Part shown: positions 38,068-49,926 of the stretch, one piece after another
Position numbering within the stretch: the stretch's first letter is position 1
How the letters are laid out: each line of letters opens with the position of its first letter
Origin: Lingula anatina
Taxonomy: Eukaryota > Animalia > Brachiopoda
Reading direction: 5' to 3'
Length of the DNA stretch: 64,000 nucleotides
NCBI GenBank assembly: GCA_051362555.1
Contig: CM120645.1
Span: 11,470,001 to 11,534,000, forward strand
Position numbers and translations under genes: made by a program
Notes under the pieces: model-generated
What the model was told of the DNA's origin: nothing
Databases searched by the model: none
Seen by the model: the letters and a program-made list of their open reading frames with translations, nothing else

Positions 38068-40282
38068 AGAATGATACATTCAGTATTGTGAGCCAGAAAA
38101 TGCAAACACACACACACATGTACACACATATACAGATCAACACACTCTGAAATCTGTGAAGGGGGATTTCAAAGTGATAGCAGTCATTTCTATAACTTTG
38201 TGTTTTAGGGATCACATGTCCCACCGCCAGATATTTGACCATGTGGTTGATTTGCCAGCTCCTCCAACAAGAATTCTAATAGAAGGTCAGAGCGGTAGTG
38301 GAAAGACTGTACTTGCCTCCAAGATTGCCTTGGACTGGGCTTACTACATGAGAGACCGGAAGTATAACTATCACACTGATGGCAGTAGGGAGCTTGAGAC
38401 CAAGAACTATGTGGAGAAATTTCAGTATGTTTTTTTGTTGCAGAACATAGATGTAGAAAAGTCAATAGAGGAACATATCTTTGAATTAAACCATTTATTC
38501 TCAAAACCCATTGAAAAGCAAAAAATTCAGTCCATTATGCGTATGATAGAAAGATGCCAGGAAGATGTCCTTTTCATTGTTGATGCTGATGAAAATTTGT
38601 TGCATAAACATAGTGGTGGTGAAATTTTGGAATTGATAAGAGGTGAGCGATACTGTAGATCTACAGTTGTTATTACGTCTAGACCCCTGCAGTATAGGCA
38701 TCTGCGTGACTTTTGTGACTTTCATGTTTGTTACAACAATGGCTTTGACCCCATCAAAGGTAAATCAGTACAGTTTGTAAAAAACTATGCTCGAAGCACC
38801 AAAGTCAGTGAGCAAGTATTTGAAGACTTGATTGAGAAAATAGAGAAAAACACTGTTGTGGCAGACTTAGCAAAGTGCCCCTTGTTTTGTTTACTGTTGT
38901 GCATGTCTTACCATAGTGCTCATCAGAAAGTGACTAGAGAAATGGGCAGAAAAGAAAGAAGATTACTACCGGTAGTATCTCAGGTACAAGGTTTGGCAAA
39001 TTTGTTTTCTAATCTCGTAGATGATATGATGGTTAGGGTTTTGGAACCAAGAGACCAAATTGCCCCCACATTGAATATATTGTGCAAGTATTCTTGGGAT
39101 GCACTGGTGAAAGGTACAGAATATTTAGCTGAGGATGAGGATAGTATGTTAGATTTTGTATTAAGAAAGGGTCTCTTGCAGGAATGTGACATTGGCACAG
39201 TGCGAGAACAGAAGAAAGTTATTTCATTTCCTCACCAAAGTATAAAGCTTTTCCTTGCAGCCAAATACATGACTGATGTTGCCTTTGAGGAGTGTTTTCT
39301 CCATTTTCCAAATCTTCTCAGAAGTAGAAATTCTGTTGCATTGGACCCAAATATATCTGTCTCATTATGGCAGTTAGATATTTTTTTGATCACTTTGTCT
39401 GGACTTTTGGCTACCAGAGGGGACTTCATTAGACTAAAAGAATTTTTCCTCTGTGTCCAGCAATCCATCATTGAGACTTTACCTGTAGGGTCAGATGGAC
39501 AACATCCTCTTGGAATTTCATCTTGGAGTTTAAATGATCCTTCCATTGTGCTAATTCTTCATTGTTTATATGAAGCCTGTGTCTCCACCTTGAATGATGC
39601 TGGAGAAGTAGCAGAAAGCATGTCAGAGATTATGAAAGTTATGGCATATGACCATATGAGTGATATTACTGCTGAATCTAAGTCACCCTTGGACCCACAG
39701 CCATCCTGGGACCCACAGACATCAAGGACCCCACGGTCTTGTTTTTGGGTCCTTGCTAGGCTGTTAAAGTATAAACCTGAAAGACTATACAAGGTTGACA
39801 TAGACACAAGCCTGATTGATTCAAAGCAGGTAAAAAGTGACCTTGCTGAAGGTATCAGCAAATGCAAAGATTTGATGGTATTCCTTACATGGGAAACTGT
39901 TGAAGATCTTCAATTGTTTCTGAGTCATATTTGCAAAAAAGAAAGTGACATTACATATCTTTCATGCAATGGGATTAGGAATAAGCAAACAGGGATCAAT
40001 GTCGAGTCATTTAAGAACATGCATCTGCCCAGACATTTTTCATTTAGGTATTGCAATAATACACAATTAAATGACACCATACTATCCATATTCAATTCAT
40101 CGACAGATTCCTATAGAATTGATATGGAAGATTGCAGCATCAGCAAAAAAGCTTGCAACCAGTTTGGGAAATCCTCTGTATCACATAATTCAAAGTCCTG
40201 GGATTTATTTGTTAAAGTGGAGGAAGAAGAGGGATATTCTTTAAGAGGCATTGTGAGGCATTGTTTCTCCGACTTTTTTTAA
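30646..40282 (+). CDS. NLR-like protein: DZIP3-type HEPN domain + helical linker + NACHT NTPase + short degenerate repeat tail (~1026 aa)
   Basis: Exons 30646-31516, 31718-31853, 38209-40282 join in frame (phases 1 and 2; 3081 nt), with an in-frame TGA just before the ATG. HEPN motifs YAKISCLL, FDITLLFLL, RNELAH, DFECLWNRLSSAIVEVG. NACHT motifs: Walker A GQSGSGKT, Walker B LFIVDADE, sensor VVITSRP, LAKCPLF, winged helix SFPHQSIKLFLAA, HD2 LHCLYEA. Confidence 0.85.
32094..35707 (-). mobile_element. Helentron/HINE-like element, copy B (intron of HEPN-NACHT gene)
   Basis: Reverse complement of 20472-24360: hairpin at 32099-32128, (GCCGTC)n, ~161 bp units at ~32180-32950 (one internally deleted), and the terminus tgtctgtacatttgacagc...cttgttt at ~35674-35707. 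Confidence 0.75.
34855..35243. mobile_element. MITE-like insertion nested in HINE copy B
   Basis: Termini cagggccgtagcct / aggctacgccctg, flanked by atcca on both sides. Absent from copy A. Confidence 0.6.
35940..36515 (-). mobile_element. degenerate non-LTR retrotransposon (CR1/L2-like) reverse transcriptase fragment
   Basis: Minus-strand YADGNTI (decayed YADD), then MEANPEKFQII, VKLLGVYFDSQLTFDKHI, LNVLRRL, SNFNY; frameshifted. Confidence 0.85.
36571..36976 (+). pseudogene. intronic duplicate of the first ~400 bp of the NACHT exon
   Basis: Near-identical to ~38217-38621 (GQSGSGKT...LFIVDADENLLHKHSGG) with only a few substitutions. Lacks the native splice acceptor and ends in a stop at 36996. 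Confidence 0.9.
37573..37817. mobile_element. small MITE, related termini to the 976-1191 element
   Basis: aggccccattcggaatggagttc ... gaactacatctgaatggggtct imperfect inverted termini, flanked by TAA-like triplets. Confidence 0.55.
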
Positions 40283-43200
40283 ATAAACATGTAGGATAGA
40301 AAACCATGAGGATAATTACTGTATTTGACTTATGCTACTAGTAAAATAAATAGTAACTCTGAGGCCATGTACATGGATTTTCCTGTCAGTGGGTTTTGAA
40401 AAAGTTGGTTTTGTAAAGAGATTGAGAACCATGTATTTTGGAATTTTTTTTTTTTACTTGTACAGCATCAGTGTATGTGTGTGTAATTGTGTTATAAATA
40501 TTGTATATATACGTGTTTTATCAAAAATAATACAGAGGTTGGAATCATCAACACATATCACAGTTTGTATATTATTAATTCCTTGATCTCAGTGTAATTG
40601 TACAGTGAATTATGGCCTTTGATTGATCATTCTTTGTGTGTGTGAAAGACTGAATGAAAGAACAGTGCTCATATCCACAAACACTGGGCATATAACAATA
40701 TTTAAATGAATACTGATGTATGAGATAACAATGCCAATACATGGCTAGTAGACAAACTTTTAACATTGTACATCAGTCACTGAACTCTCTCATTTATTTT
40801 AGGAGAGTTTAATTTATTCATATTGATGAACATGTACATGTATTTGTATATTATGTATTCATGGAAGGACAGCAACTCGCCTGTAAAGACTCAAAACAGG
40901 TTTTCTATGTGAATGATAATCTGCTAATGTCACTTCCCGACCCAATGTTTTCTTGTATGTGAAAGCAGCTGGGATTTACAGGATTTCTTTCATTTTTTAG
41001 AGATTTTTTACTGAAATTATACAAATGTGATATGATACATTAGAAAGAATATATTTCTTTATCTGTAAATATGCCATGTACTTAAGATCAATATCAGAAA
41101 ATTAATGTATTTATTGAAGGATAGCATACACAAGTAATGGTATATTTAGTTCCTCTGTATAGTTAGTGTACATATGTATATATTGTATCAATAGTAATGG
41201 GTTCTAAGTGGAAAATCTGTCAGTGAAAAGGAAGTTTTTTAAATTTGGTTATGGGCTCTGTGATATAGTAAGTATATTTATTACTCATGTACCAAACAAC
41301 AAGTGGATCTTAATTGGGATGTACTGAACAATATTTATTCTGTACATCACTGTTCAGTACTCAGTTTATTAATAAGTGATGGCTTAATTGCTTTAAAAGT
41401 GATCTTATTTTTTATATTGATATTGTGTTAACCATGCAATTCATAGCTTATAGCTATGGAGGGGTGATATTAATTTTAAATGTAGCTTAAAGCATATACT
41501 CCTATTTATGTCATATGAGCATCAAATATCAAATATTGTCTTAAAGACTTTGTAAATAACATTATGAAAAAAATGTCTGAGAAGTTGTACATTGTGCACT
41601 GCAGCATTTTTCAAACTCTGTGCAACTTACAGATCACAGAAAATGACAACTTTTTTAGTTAAAGTGATCAATCCAGGCACTGAGGAGCATGGATTAAAAT
41701 TTCAGTTCTATCATATTATATACTTATGAGCATTATATGTTTGGAAATTTTAAGTGGGCATTTTCAAATTTGTTGATTTTATTAGGAAGAAAAATTATCT
41801 GTGACATTGAACATAATGTGTCAAAAAAAAAGGGGGTGACTAGATAAAACTTCACAAGAAAAAAAATCATACTTACCAGATTTTCCTGGGCTAAACAGTA
41901 TAATCTGTAACATCTGGGGAAATTAAGAAGTCCTGAAATCAACTCTTATGAAATGGGTTCCATTTCTTTACATCTTTGATCATGGACTTCCAATTTGCAT
42001 ACAAACCAAATGTGTCAAGAAGGTGGACAAATTAATAGGTTCATCAGTCTAGACTAAGATTATTTGTAGTGACATTATTTCTTGGCATTTATCTGTTTGA
42101 AAATTTGAAAAGAATTGTCTTTAGATGAAACCAGCAGGTGTTTAAGTTGGGCACTATCTTTTGTACAGTACATTTATTTTTCATATTAAGTGCCATACTA
42201 TTCATTACCAATTAAAGTTATCAATATAAAATGTGTGAAGAAGGGAATATCATACTGCATGAGGTTTTGCTGTACAAAATGTGAATCATGTCACTCATAT
42301 TTGGTACAGTTAAAGTATAAAATGGAAATGATAGTTATTTACAGTAATATTTTCATCATTAAAAAAAGAACTTTTTTGTCTACCCGGTGTTCAAGTTTTG
42401 CAAGTTAGGCTACTTACATGTATGAAGTGACCTACATGTATCAATGTATGGGGCCAATGATAAGTTATGGTAAATACTTCAGTATTTGTGCTTTTAATAT
42501 TATACATGCATTTGCAAATATAAATTAACAATTTTTGGTCAATTCCCTTAGAATATCTGTGATGGAAATGCTGTTAAAACTCATATTTAACAAATTTTCC
42601 TTGGATAAGCAGCATTTTCCTCCTACTTACCAACCTTAAGCATGTTTTTTTTTTTTTTTAAGATGGCAGACTAATGAGGTTTAATAGGAGACAATGAATA
42701 TGCTTATTATTATTATTATTTTATTTATTTATCAATTTTTGCAATATTGATTAAGGTAATTTATCTGCCAATTTAAATTCAAAAGTTATATTTGTCCTGA
42801 AAAAGTTCAACAGGAAGCCATTCATCCTCTTAGAATGCATTCAAAACCCTGGCTTAAATCACTTTAACAACTTCAGATAAGTTGAAAGATTTGCTTTTTG
42901 GAATTGTTACATAATCCTGAACTTCTGTTTGCATAATCAAAAGACCCATCATGAATTATTTTTTATACAATTTAAAGTTTTGGTGTCTTTAGACATTTTG
43001 TTTTGGGATATTAAAAAGCAATATGTTCTTGTAGAGTTCATTTTTATTCTACAGCATATTTACTATTTTGTAAGAACTGCATCTAGAGATTAAGTAAAGT
43101 GAATAATATACAATTTTAAAATTTACTATGATATTTTTAACAGACATGTAAAACATTTGATGAAATAAAAACAATTGGAAATTTGATATGATTTTTGATC

Positions 43201-43750
43201 AATTATTATTACCAACATTATCTTTTTGGGGTACTCTCAGAGGCTAGGGACCCAGTCTGTCTGTTCTTGTCGATCAAAGATAACAGTAATCTGGCTATAT
43301 ATTTTTTAGGCCAAAGCCTAGCACTGGACACGGGCATGCTTGCATGCATTTTAGTCCCAACTTGTGCTGCCGTTGCCGCTGGCTCTTTTTTGAAACCATC
43401 CAACAATCGTGGTCATTTTCAAGCCTGACAGCAAGCAGTCGATCAGTTACTGGACCTAACATGCATGTTCATCAGATTGACCGGACTGACCATTTTACGT
43501 ATTATCTTTTGTCCATCAGTCACTGAAAAACTCTTGTATTTACTATAGCGTGTACACAGGGGCGGATCCAGGATTATTCGAAGGGGGGTCCGCGGGTGCG
43601 ATGCCTCCCCCCCCTTCCCCCCCCTCCCTCCCCCCAAGACATTGTATACAGATAATTTAGGTACTGAAATAACACAGCCTATTGAAAAGAATTACCTTAT
43701 CTGAGAGGATAACTATCTGAGAGGAAAACTTAACTGCATGCTTTCAATAA

Positions 43751-43984
43751 GACCGCATTCAGATTCACAATTACATCTTGCTTGCTGGTTTGGTTCAACT
43801 CCGGGAGGATTCTTTCTAAAGTACCACCAGTGATTGCTTGTCTAACACGTCTCCTCAAGGAGCTAGGGGTAATAATTATCCTGTACTGATAAGGCTGAAT
43901 ACACTGATTTCACTCTATTGAGAATCCCTGCCCTGCAGAGTTGGACCGACCCAGCAAATTCGATGTGTTTATCTGAATGCACCC
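43751..43984. mobile_element. MITE-like element downstream of NXPE-like copy 1
   Basis: gcattcagattcaca ... tgtgtttatctgaatgc inverted termini. Confidence 0.5.
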
Positions 43985-44100
43985 TACGAGAGTGAGCCTC
44001 GTCGTTACATTTGACACCCAAAAGAACTTATTTTTCATTTATAGCAAAGAGCTATCGATGACACATATAATACACGGAAATAGAGGGTTACCAAGGTATT

Positions 44101-45615
44101 CTACAAATCGCACACAATTCTGAAGAAAAGATGGGCCAGTGTCATTCCAGCATGACCTTCATATTTTCTTGGGTCATTATTTTTTGGACATAGAAAATGT
44201 GCTTCATCACATGGGGTCCATTTCATTGGGTTAAGAATATTGAAACCGTCTATTATTTCTACACCGTATTTTACCAGCTTCTCTGCGATGATTTCATTGA
44301 TCGCTGCAACCATGTAATCATTCCCGTCCATCTGGCCCAAAACCCTCGGCAGAATATTTATGTATATAAGGCGGATGTTTGCTATATTAGGGTTTTCCCT
44401 AACATGGCGTAGGAAGTCCACAAAATGGGGAAGAGAATGTTTTACAAGATTGTAGGCACTCTGGTTTGTAAGCACTAATTCGTGTATCCCAAACCCCATT
44501 AAAACTACATCATCTCTGGTGGCGGGCTTTTTGTCAAATCGCGAGAAAAGTGATCGGATTGCTTTTTCGCAGTGGGAAGCATGGGGGGTCCACTTAAATA
44601 CAACTTTGCTTAGCCCTATAATTTTCTTTCGATTCTCTCTGGGGTTCATGTCATTTACACTAGTGGTAACATGGACTGTATCAAGTGAAATATGCCTATA
44701 ATGCGACAATAGCTGATTCAAGTAAATACTAAGATATCTAAGGTGTGAATCTCCAAAGATTCTAAAAGTGGTTTTTCTACTGTAACATTTCCAAAGGTCT
44801 GCCTCACTTATGAACTCAAAAATGCATTTGGTTTTAGTTCCCCATTTCCACCGTCCTCGAATATTCCACCAGCGTCCACTGAGGTATTCCGCAATGTTGG
44901 TTACATAACAGTATCTTTTTGTCTTCTCTTTCTGCGATCCCCATTTCCCGACGGAACCATAATTAAAAGAGTGTATAATTCTGTGAATTCTGTTTGGATG
45001 ATGGCGTCTTTCGTTGTCGTGGTGTCTGAACGCTTCAAAGTCCGTGTAGTCTAAGTATATTGTACCCTGTATAGTAGACTGAACATCACAATAAGCGACG
45101 TAGGTTCCATTAAAGAAATCTCTCACCGGACACACCATGTATTCATTTCCTTTTACCTCAATTCGGAAATTACTTCCCCCGGATGACAGCACAGTCTTAT
45201 TTGCCGACACCTTTTTTCTTTCTTCTATATAAATATACAGTATATGGTTGTTCGACATTGTCACGTTGAAACTGTACTTGTATGCCGCATTGTTGTCGAT
45301 ATGGCAATGTTCCCCTTTGCCGTCAGATTGAGGGTCGCAACTCGACCAGGCACGTTCTAGCTGTACTTTTTCAGAAATACCATTCCTCACCCTGTCACGT
45401 CCATCCACTGGATCATTCTGTCGATGTTCTTGGACCGCCTCATGTTTGAATTGCCCATCAAATATTATTGTTTTCTTAAAAGGTGGAGCTTTTTTTAATA
45501 AACGATGCAAGGTAATGTCTCTATTGTGAAAGTTCAGCATGATGAAGACGGTATATACCGCAATGCACACGACTGCTATAGCATAAACTGCCTGATCTGA
45601 GCTCCTCTTTCTCAT
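44101..45615 (-). CDS. NXPE-like / PC-esterase (SGNH-fold) type II membrane protein, copy 1, single-exon ORF (504 aa)
   Basis: Short basic N-terminus plus TM helix; GGSNFRI...VRDFFNGTY Ig-like motifs of the NXPE family; catalytic IFGDSHLR (GDS) and C-terminal DEAH (DxxH). Confidence 0.8.
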   Translation of the reverse strand: MRKRSSDQAVYAIAVVCIAVYTVFIMLNFHNRDITLHRLLKKAPPFKKTIIFDGQFKHEAVQEHRQNDPVDGRDRVRNGISEKVQLERAWSSCDPQSDGKGEHCHIDNNAAYKYSFNVTMSNNHILYIYIEERKKVSANKTVLSSGGSNFRIEVKGNEYMVCPVRDFFNGTYVAYCDVQSTIQGTIYLDYTDFEAFRHHDNERRHHPNRIHRIIHSFNYGSVGKWGSQKEKTKRYCYVTNIAEYLSGRWWNIRGRWKWGTKTKCIFEFISEADLWKCYSRKTTFRIFGDSHLRYLSIYLNQLLSHYRHISLDTVHVTTSVNDMNPRENRKKIIGLSKVVFKWTPHASHCEKAIRSLFSRFDKKPATRDDVVLMGFGIHELVLTNQSAYNLVKHSLPHFVDFLRHVRENPNIANIRLIYINILPRVLGQMDGNDYMVAAINEIIAEKLVKYGVEIIDGFNILNPMKWTPCDEAHFLCPKNNDPRKYEGHAGMTLAHLFFRIVCDL

Positions 45616-45939
45616 TTTTGAAAAGAATAATTCAACTGAAAGATTAAAAAAGTATCCTTTTTTCCAAGTTTTCCGTCTGCTACTTTTTTTCTGCGATGAC
45701 GATTATTACAGAATGCTCTTCTTATTTGGTAACTTTAGCAAGTTACCGCCAACTTATTAAATGCCACGTTTCTGACTATATAATAACTGGAATTGCAGAG
45801 GTGGGAAGATAGTTTTTAAGCAATAAACATGCAGCATCCGATTGTAATAAAATTTTTTAGCCCGAAGGGATATGATTCGGGGATATTCTACGTAAAGGCG
45901 TAATGCATCATATTATTTTTATAGCTTAACATCACACTA

Positions 45940-46383
45940 TTACCTTTTTCGAATTTTCGTCTTTTTTGCCGATACCCGTTTCATTCTTCTATATATAAAT
46001 ATACAGTATATGGTTGTTCGACATTGCCACGTTGAAACTGTACTTGCACATGTATGTCGCATTGTTGTCGGTACAGCAATGTTTACATCTAATATCAGTT
46101 TTAGGGTTGTAACTCGACCAGGCACGCTCTAGCTGTTCCTTTTCAGGAATACCCCTGTCACGTTCATCCACTACATTATTCTGTCATGTCCTTGGACCGC
46201 TTCATGTTTGAATTGCCCATCAAATATCATTGTTTTCTTAAAATGTGGAGCTTTTTTTAAAATAAATGACTGAAGGTAATGCCTCTATTGTTCAGCAAAA
46301 TCAAAAAGAGTATATACTGCAATGTGTACCACTGCAAGTACAATGACATAAACTGCTACATGAGATGGACTCCCCTCTCTCAT
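45940..46383 (-). pseudogene. 5' fragment pseudogene of NXPE-like gene
   Basis: Homologous to the first ~140 codons of the flanking genes (EQLERAWSS...KYSFNVAMSNNHILYIYI), with indels and truncation. Confidence 0.85.
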
Positions 46384-48375
46384 TTTTGAAAAGAATAATG
46401 CAATTGAAAGTTCAGACTCGAGTATCGTTTTCTTCCACGTTTTCCTGTCTACTCCTTTTTTTCTGCGATGACAATTATTACAAAATGTTCTTCAAATTTG
46501 GTTGCGTCAGGAGATTACCGTCAAGTTATTAGATGTCACGTATCTGACGATTAACTAGTTTTGCAGACGTAGATTGGAGAAAAGTAGATAACTTTCCATG
46601 CAGTATGCTTAAGCAACTCCTATGTGAATATGGAGAAATGTGTTATAAAATTGACTATGTATGCCGTGTCATATAATAAATAGTGTTTGGCTCGCGGGAA
46701 GGTATGATGTGCGGATTATGAAGCCTCAAGGAATTATATCCCCTGTATAGCTAGACATCACACTATTGCCAGTTTATGTTAAAATGGAGCGATAGAAATG
46801 CAGTGCAAACTGCATGCGTCTATGTTTTCCATTTCTGATTTCTGTCTTTGCCCTTATAGTCGCGTTCGACAAATCTGTCAACCCTACAACTTCCAGGCCA
46901 TATTTTTTTCAGTTTTCTGAGAGGCTTGATTTGGTTATAAAGGATCGTTGTTTTTTTTTTTATTATTATTAAATTTGCTGAATTTTCAGCGACATTCAAC
47001 CTACAAGGTGAAACCATATTTTTACTTTCATGTTTACTGTGACTTCGTTTGATCAGGTGATTTGCACAAAACTTTTTTTTTTTTATTCATTATTATTATT
47101 ATTATTATTTTATTATTTTTTGTGAAATTTTATTCACTGCTTTCCCGTTTGTATATTTACCAGCTTTCCAATCTAGTTTTAATTTTACAACATGATGTAT
47201 TAACATAACATTCTTCTCTAGGTATTCCGTGTATTTTTTGCTTCTGCGATGACATGAAAATTTTTTTAAAAAAGGTTTTTTTTTAATTTGATTTTGTCGG
47301 CAGATTAACTTAAGTTTCTCTAAATGCCACGTTGCTGACTATTAACTAGTACTGCAAAGGTGAGAAGAATTTTTTTCAAGCAATATACACACACCTCATA
47401 GAAATTGACTGTATGCAGCATCCTATTGTAAACAAATTATTTGGTCCTAAGGACCATGTTTCTGGGAAGTACCTCATGAAGCCGCAATGCATTATGTCCT
47501 TTTTTATAGCTCAACATCACACAAGTACCTTGTTCCAATTTTTATGTACTAATTTGTAATCGAAAAAGGCTTCACTTGATCAGATTATGCTTCCAAAAAC
47601 GCGCGCGCGTTTGTATTTTGGTAAAGTTCGCCCTACAAATGTCAATATAAGGTATTTCTTTTTTGCTTCAATAATTATAACTCCCAGCTTAGCTGTTCAG
47701 TTTTTATTTTACGGGATAATTGATGAATGCCTTTTTTTCCAACTTTTCCTGTCTCCCTGTTGCTTTTTCTACGTAATGTTTCCAACGTTTGACTACGTCA
47801 GGAAAAAAGCTTGTAAAATGTCTCATTCTTGACGTCATGTACTTTTGCGGACTTTAGCGTAATTTTCTATGCAATAAACTCAGACAACTGAAAAGTGAAT
47901 AAAATAAAATTGGGCTTAGGTGCCGCACGATAATAAATAAATTTTGCACTCTTGCAAATGTCCCATGAAGTGGTAAATGTTGCGAACACGCATCAAGATT
48001 CTTAATGTTTGAAACAATAAAGTTGTAATGCTAAGTAATATACTATGGAATATCTAAACAAACATTCTTTTCTAATGTCTGCTTTTCTAAGTGTTCTTAA
48101 CTTCTTTGAGCAGTATATTTTCACAATGTACACACGCTATCCTCTTCTTTTCAATAAATATAAGTATAGTTTTATTCCATGCAAGAGTGAAACCATCTTA
48201 GCATTTTACGCAGATCACACTTTTTCTTGTCAGCTGACAACATTAAAATTACTATAGGCTAAGTACATATTTATTATGAAAGATAGTCAGCCTTGCCGTC
48301 AGAATTGACACCAAAAAGGACATATTTAAATCTTTATCAAAGAGCTATTGACAACACATTGTATGGTCATGTATT

Positions 48376-49926
48376 TTACATATCACACATGATTCTGAAC
48401 AAAAGATGGGCCAGTATCATTCCAGGATGGCCTTTATATTTGCTTGGGTCATTATGCACTGGACATAGATAATGCGATTTGTCACAATCATTCCACTTCA
48501 TTGGGTTTAGAATATAAAATCCATCTATTATACCGTATTTTAACATCTTTGCTCTGATGATTTCATTGACCGCCGCAACCACGTAATCATTCCCATCCCT
48601 TTCACCCAAAATTCTCGGCAAAATATTTAGATATATTAGACGGATGTTTGCAGTTTTAGGATCTTCCCGCACACTGTCTAGGAAGTCCCCAAAATGACCA
48701 ATAGCATATTTTATAAAACTGTAGGCATTTGGATTATAATGCACTAATTCATGTATCCCAAACCCCATTAAAACCACATCATTTCTAGTAGCCTGCTTGC
48801 TTTGAAATCTAGAAGAAAGTGAACTAATTGCTTTTTCGCAATCTGAAGCAAGGGGAGCCCATTTGTATATAATATTGCTTAGACCTATAATTTCCTTTCG
48901 GTTTTGAACGGTGTGAGTGGAATTTAAAACAGGGGAAACATGAAGGTGAGCGGAATTTACAACAGGGGAAATGTGAAATGCATACGGTGAAATATGCCTA
49001 TATTGCGACAATAGCTGATTCAAGTAATTACTGAGATATCTAAGGTGTGAATCTCCAAAAATTCTAAAAGTGGTTTTCCTCTTGTAGCATTTCCAAAGGT
49101 CTGCCTCACTCATGAACTCGAAAATGCATTTGCTTTTAGTTCCCCATTTCCACCCTCCTTGAAGTTTCCACCAGCGTCCATTAACGTAATTCTTGATGTT
49201 TGCCTTAGAACAGTTTCTGGTTTCTGATCTTATCTTCTGTTTCACCGATTTTTCGGGGTAATCATAGTGAAACCCATATATCCTTTTGTGGATTCTACAG
49301 GGAAAAGTTTTTAATCGTTTTCTTTTAGTATCATGGTGCCTGAACGCTTCAAAGTCCGTGTAGTCTAAGTATATTGTACCTTGTATACTAGAATGAACAT
49401 CACAATAAGCGACGTAGGTTCCATTAAAGAAATCTCTCACCGGACACACCATGGATTCATTACCTGTTACCTCAATTCGAAAATTACTTCCCCCGGATGA
49501 CAACACGGTCATTTTTTCCGACACCCGTTTTCTTTCTTCTATGTAAATGTACAGTATATGGTTGTGAGACATTGTCACATTGAAATTGTACTTGTATCTA
49601 GTATTGTTGTTGGCATGGCAGAAATCACTTTTGAAATCAGTCTGCGGGTTGAAATTCGACCAAGCACGTTCTAGCTGTTCCAGTTCAGCAATGCCATTTC
49701 TTACCCAGTCGTGTTCATCCGCAAGATCATCCATCTGATGTACTTGGGCCACTTCATGTTTAAATTGCCCATCAAATATCATTGTTTTCTTATTTTTTTT
49801 CAATAAATGATGGAAGGTAGTGCCTCTACTATAAGAATTCAGCATAATGAAAATAGTATAAACCGCAATGCACACGACTGCAAGTACCATAGCAGAAACT
49901 GCCTGAGTTGAACTCCTCTTTCTCAT
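48376..49926 (-). CDS. NXPE-like / PC-esterase type II membrane protein, copy 2, single-exon ORF (516 aa)
   Basis: Paralogue of 44101-45615 with TM, GGSNFRI, DFFNGTY, GDSH and DKSH motifs. Confidence 0.8.
   Translation of the reverse strand: MRKRSSTQAVSAMVLAVVCIAVYTIFIMLNSYSRGTTFHHLLKKNKKTMIFDGQFKHEVAQVHQMDDLADEHDWVRNGIAELEQLERAWSNFNPQTDFKSDFCHANNNTRYKYNFNVTMSHNHILYIYIEERKRVSEKMTVLSSGGSNFRIEVTGNESMVCPVRDFFNGTYVAYCDVHSSIQGTIYLDYTDFEAFRHHDTKRKRLKTFPCRIHKRIYGFHYDYPEKSVKQKIRSETRNCSKANIKNYVNGRWWKLQGGWKWGTKSKCIFEFMSEADLWKCYKRKTTFRIFGDSHLRYLSNYLNQLLSQYRHISPYAFHISPVVNSAHLHVSPVLNSTHTVQNRKEIIGLSNIIYKWAPLASDCEKAISSLSSRFQSKQATRNDVVLMGFGIHELVHYNPNAYSFIKYAIGHFGDFLDSVREDPKTANIRLIYLNILPRILGERDGNDYVVAAVNEIIRAKMLKYGIIDGFYILNPMKWNDCDKSHYLCPVHNDPSKYKGHPGMILAHLLFRIMCDM

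Noticed and set aside
38205-39867. Antisense ORFs over the NACHT exon
   Set aside because: Shadow ORFs of a long coding exon with no motifs.
40283-43550. Possible further LRR exons or another gene after the NACHT stop
   Set aside because: AT-rich sequence with no convincing exon or LRR pattern; more consistent with 3' UTR or intergenic DNA.
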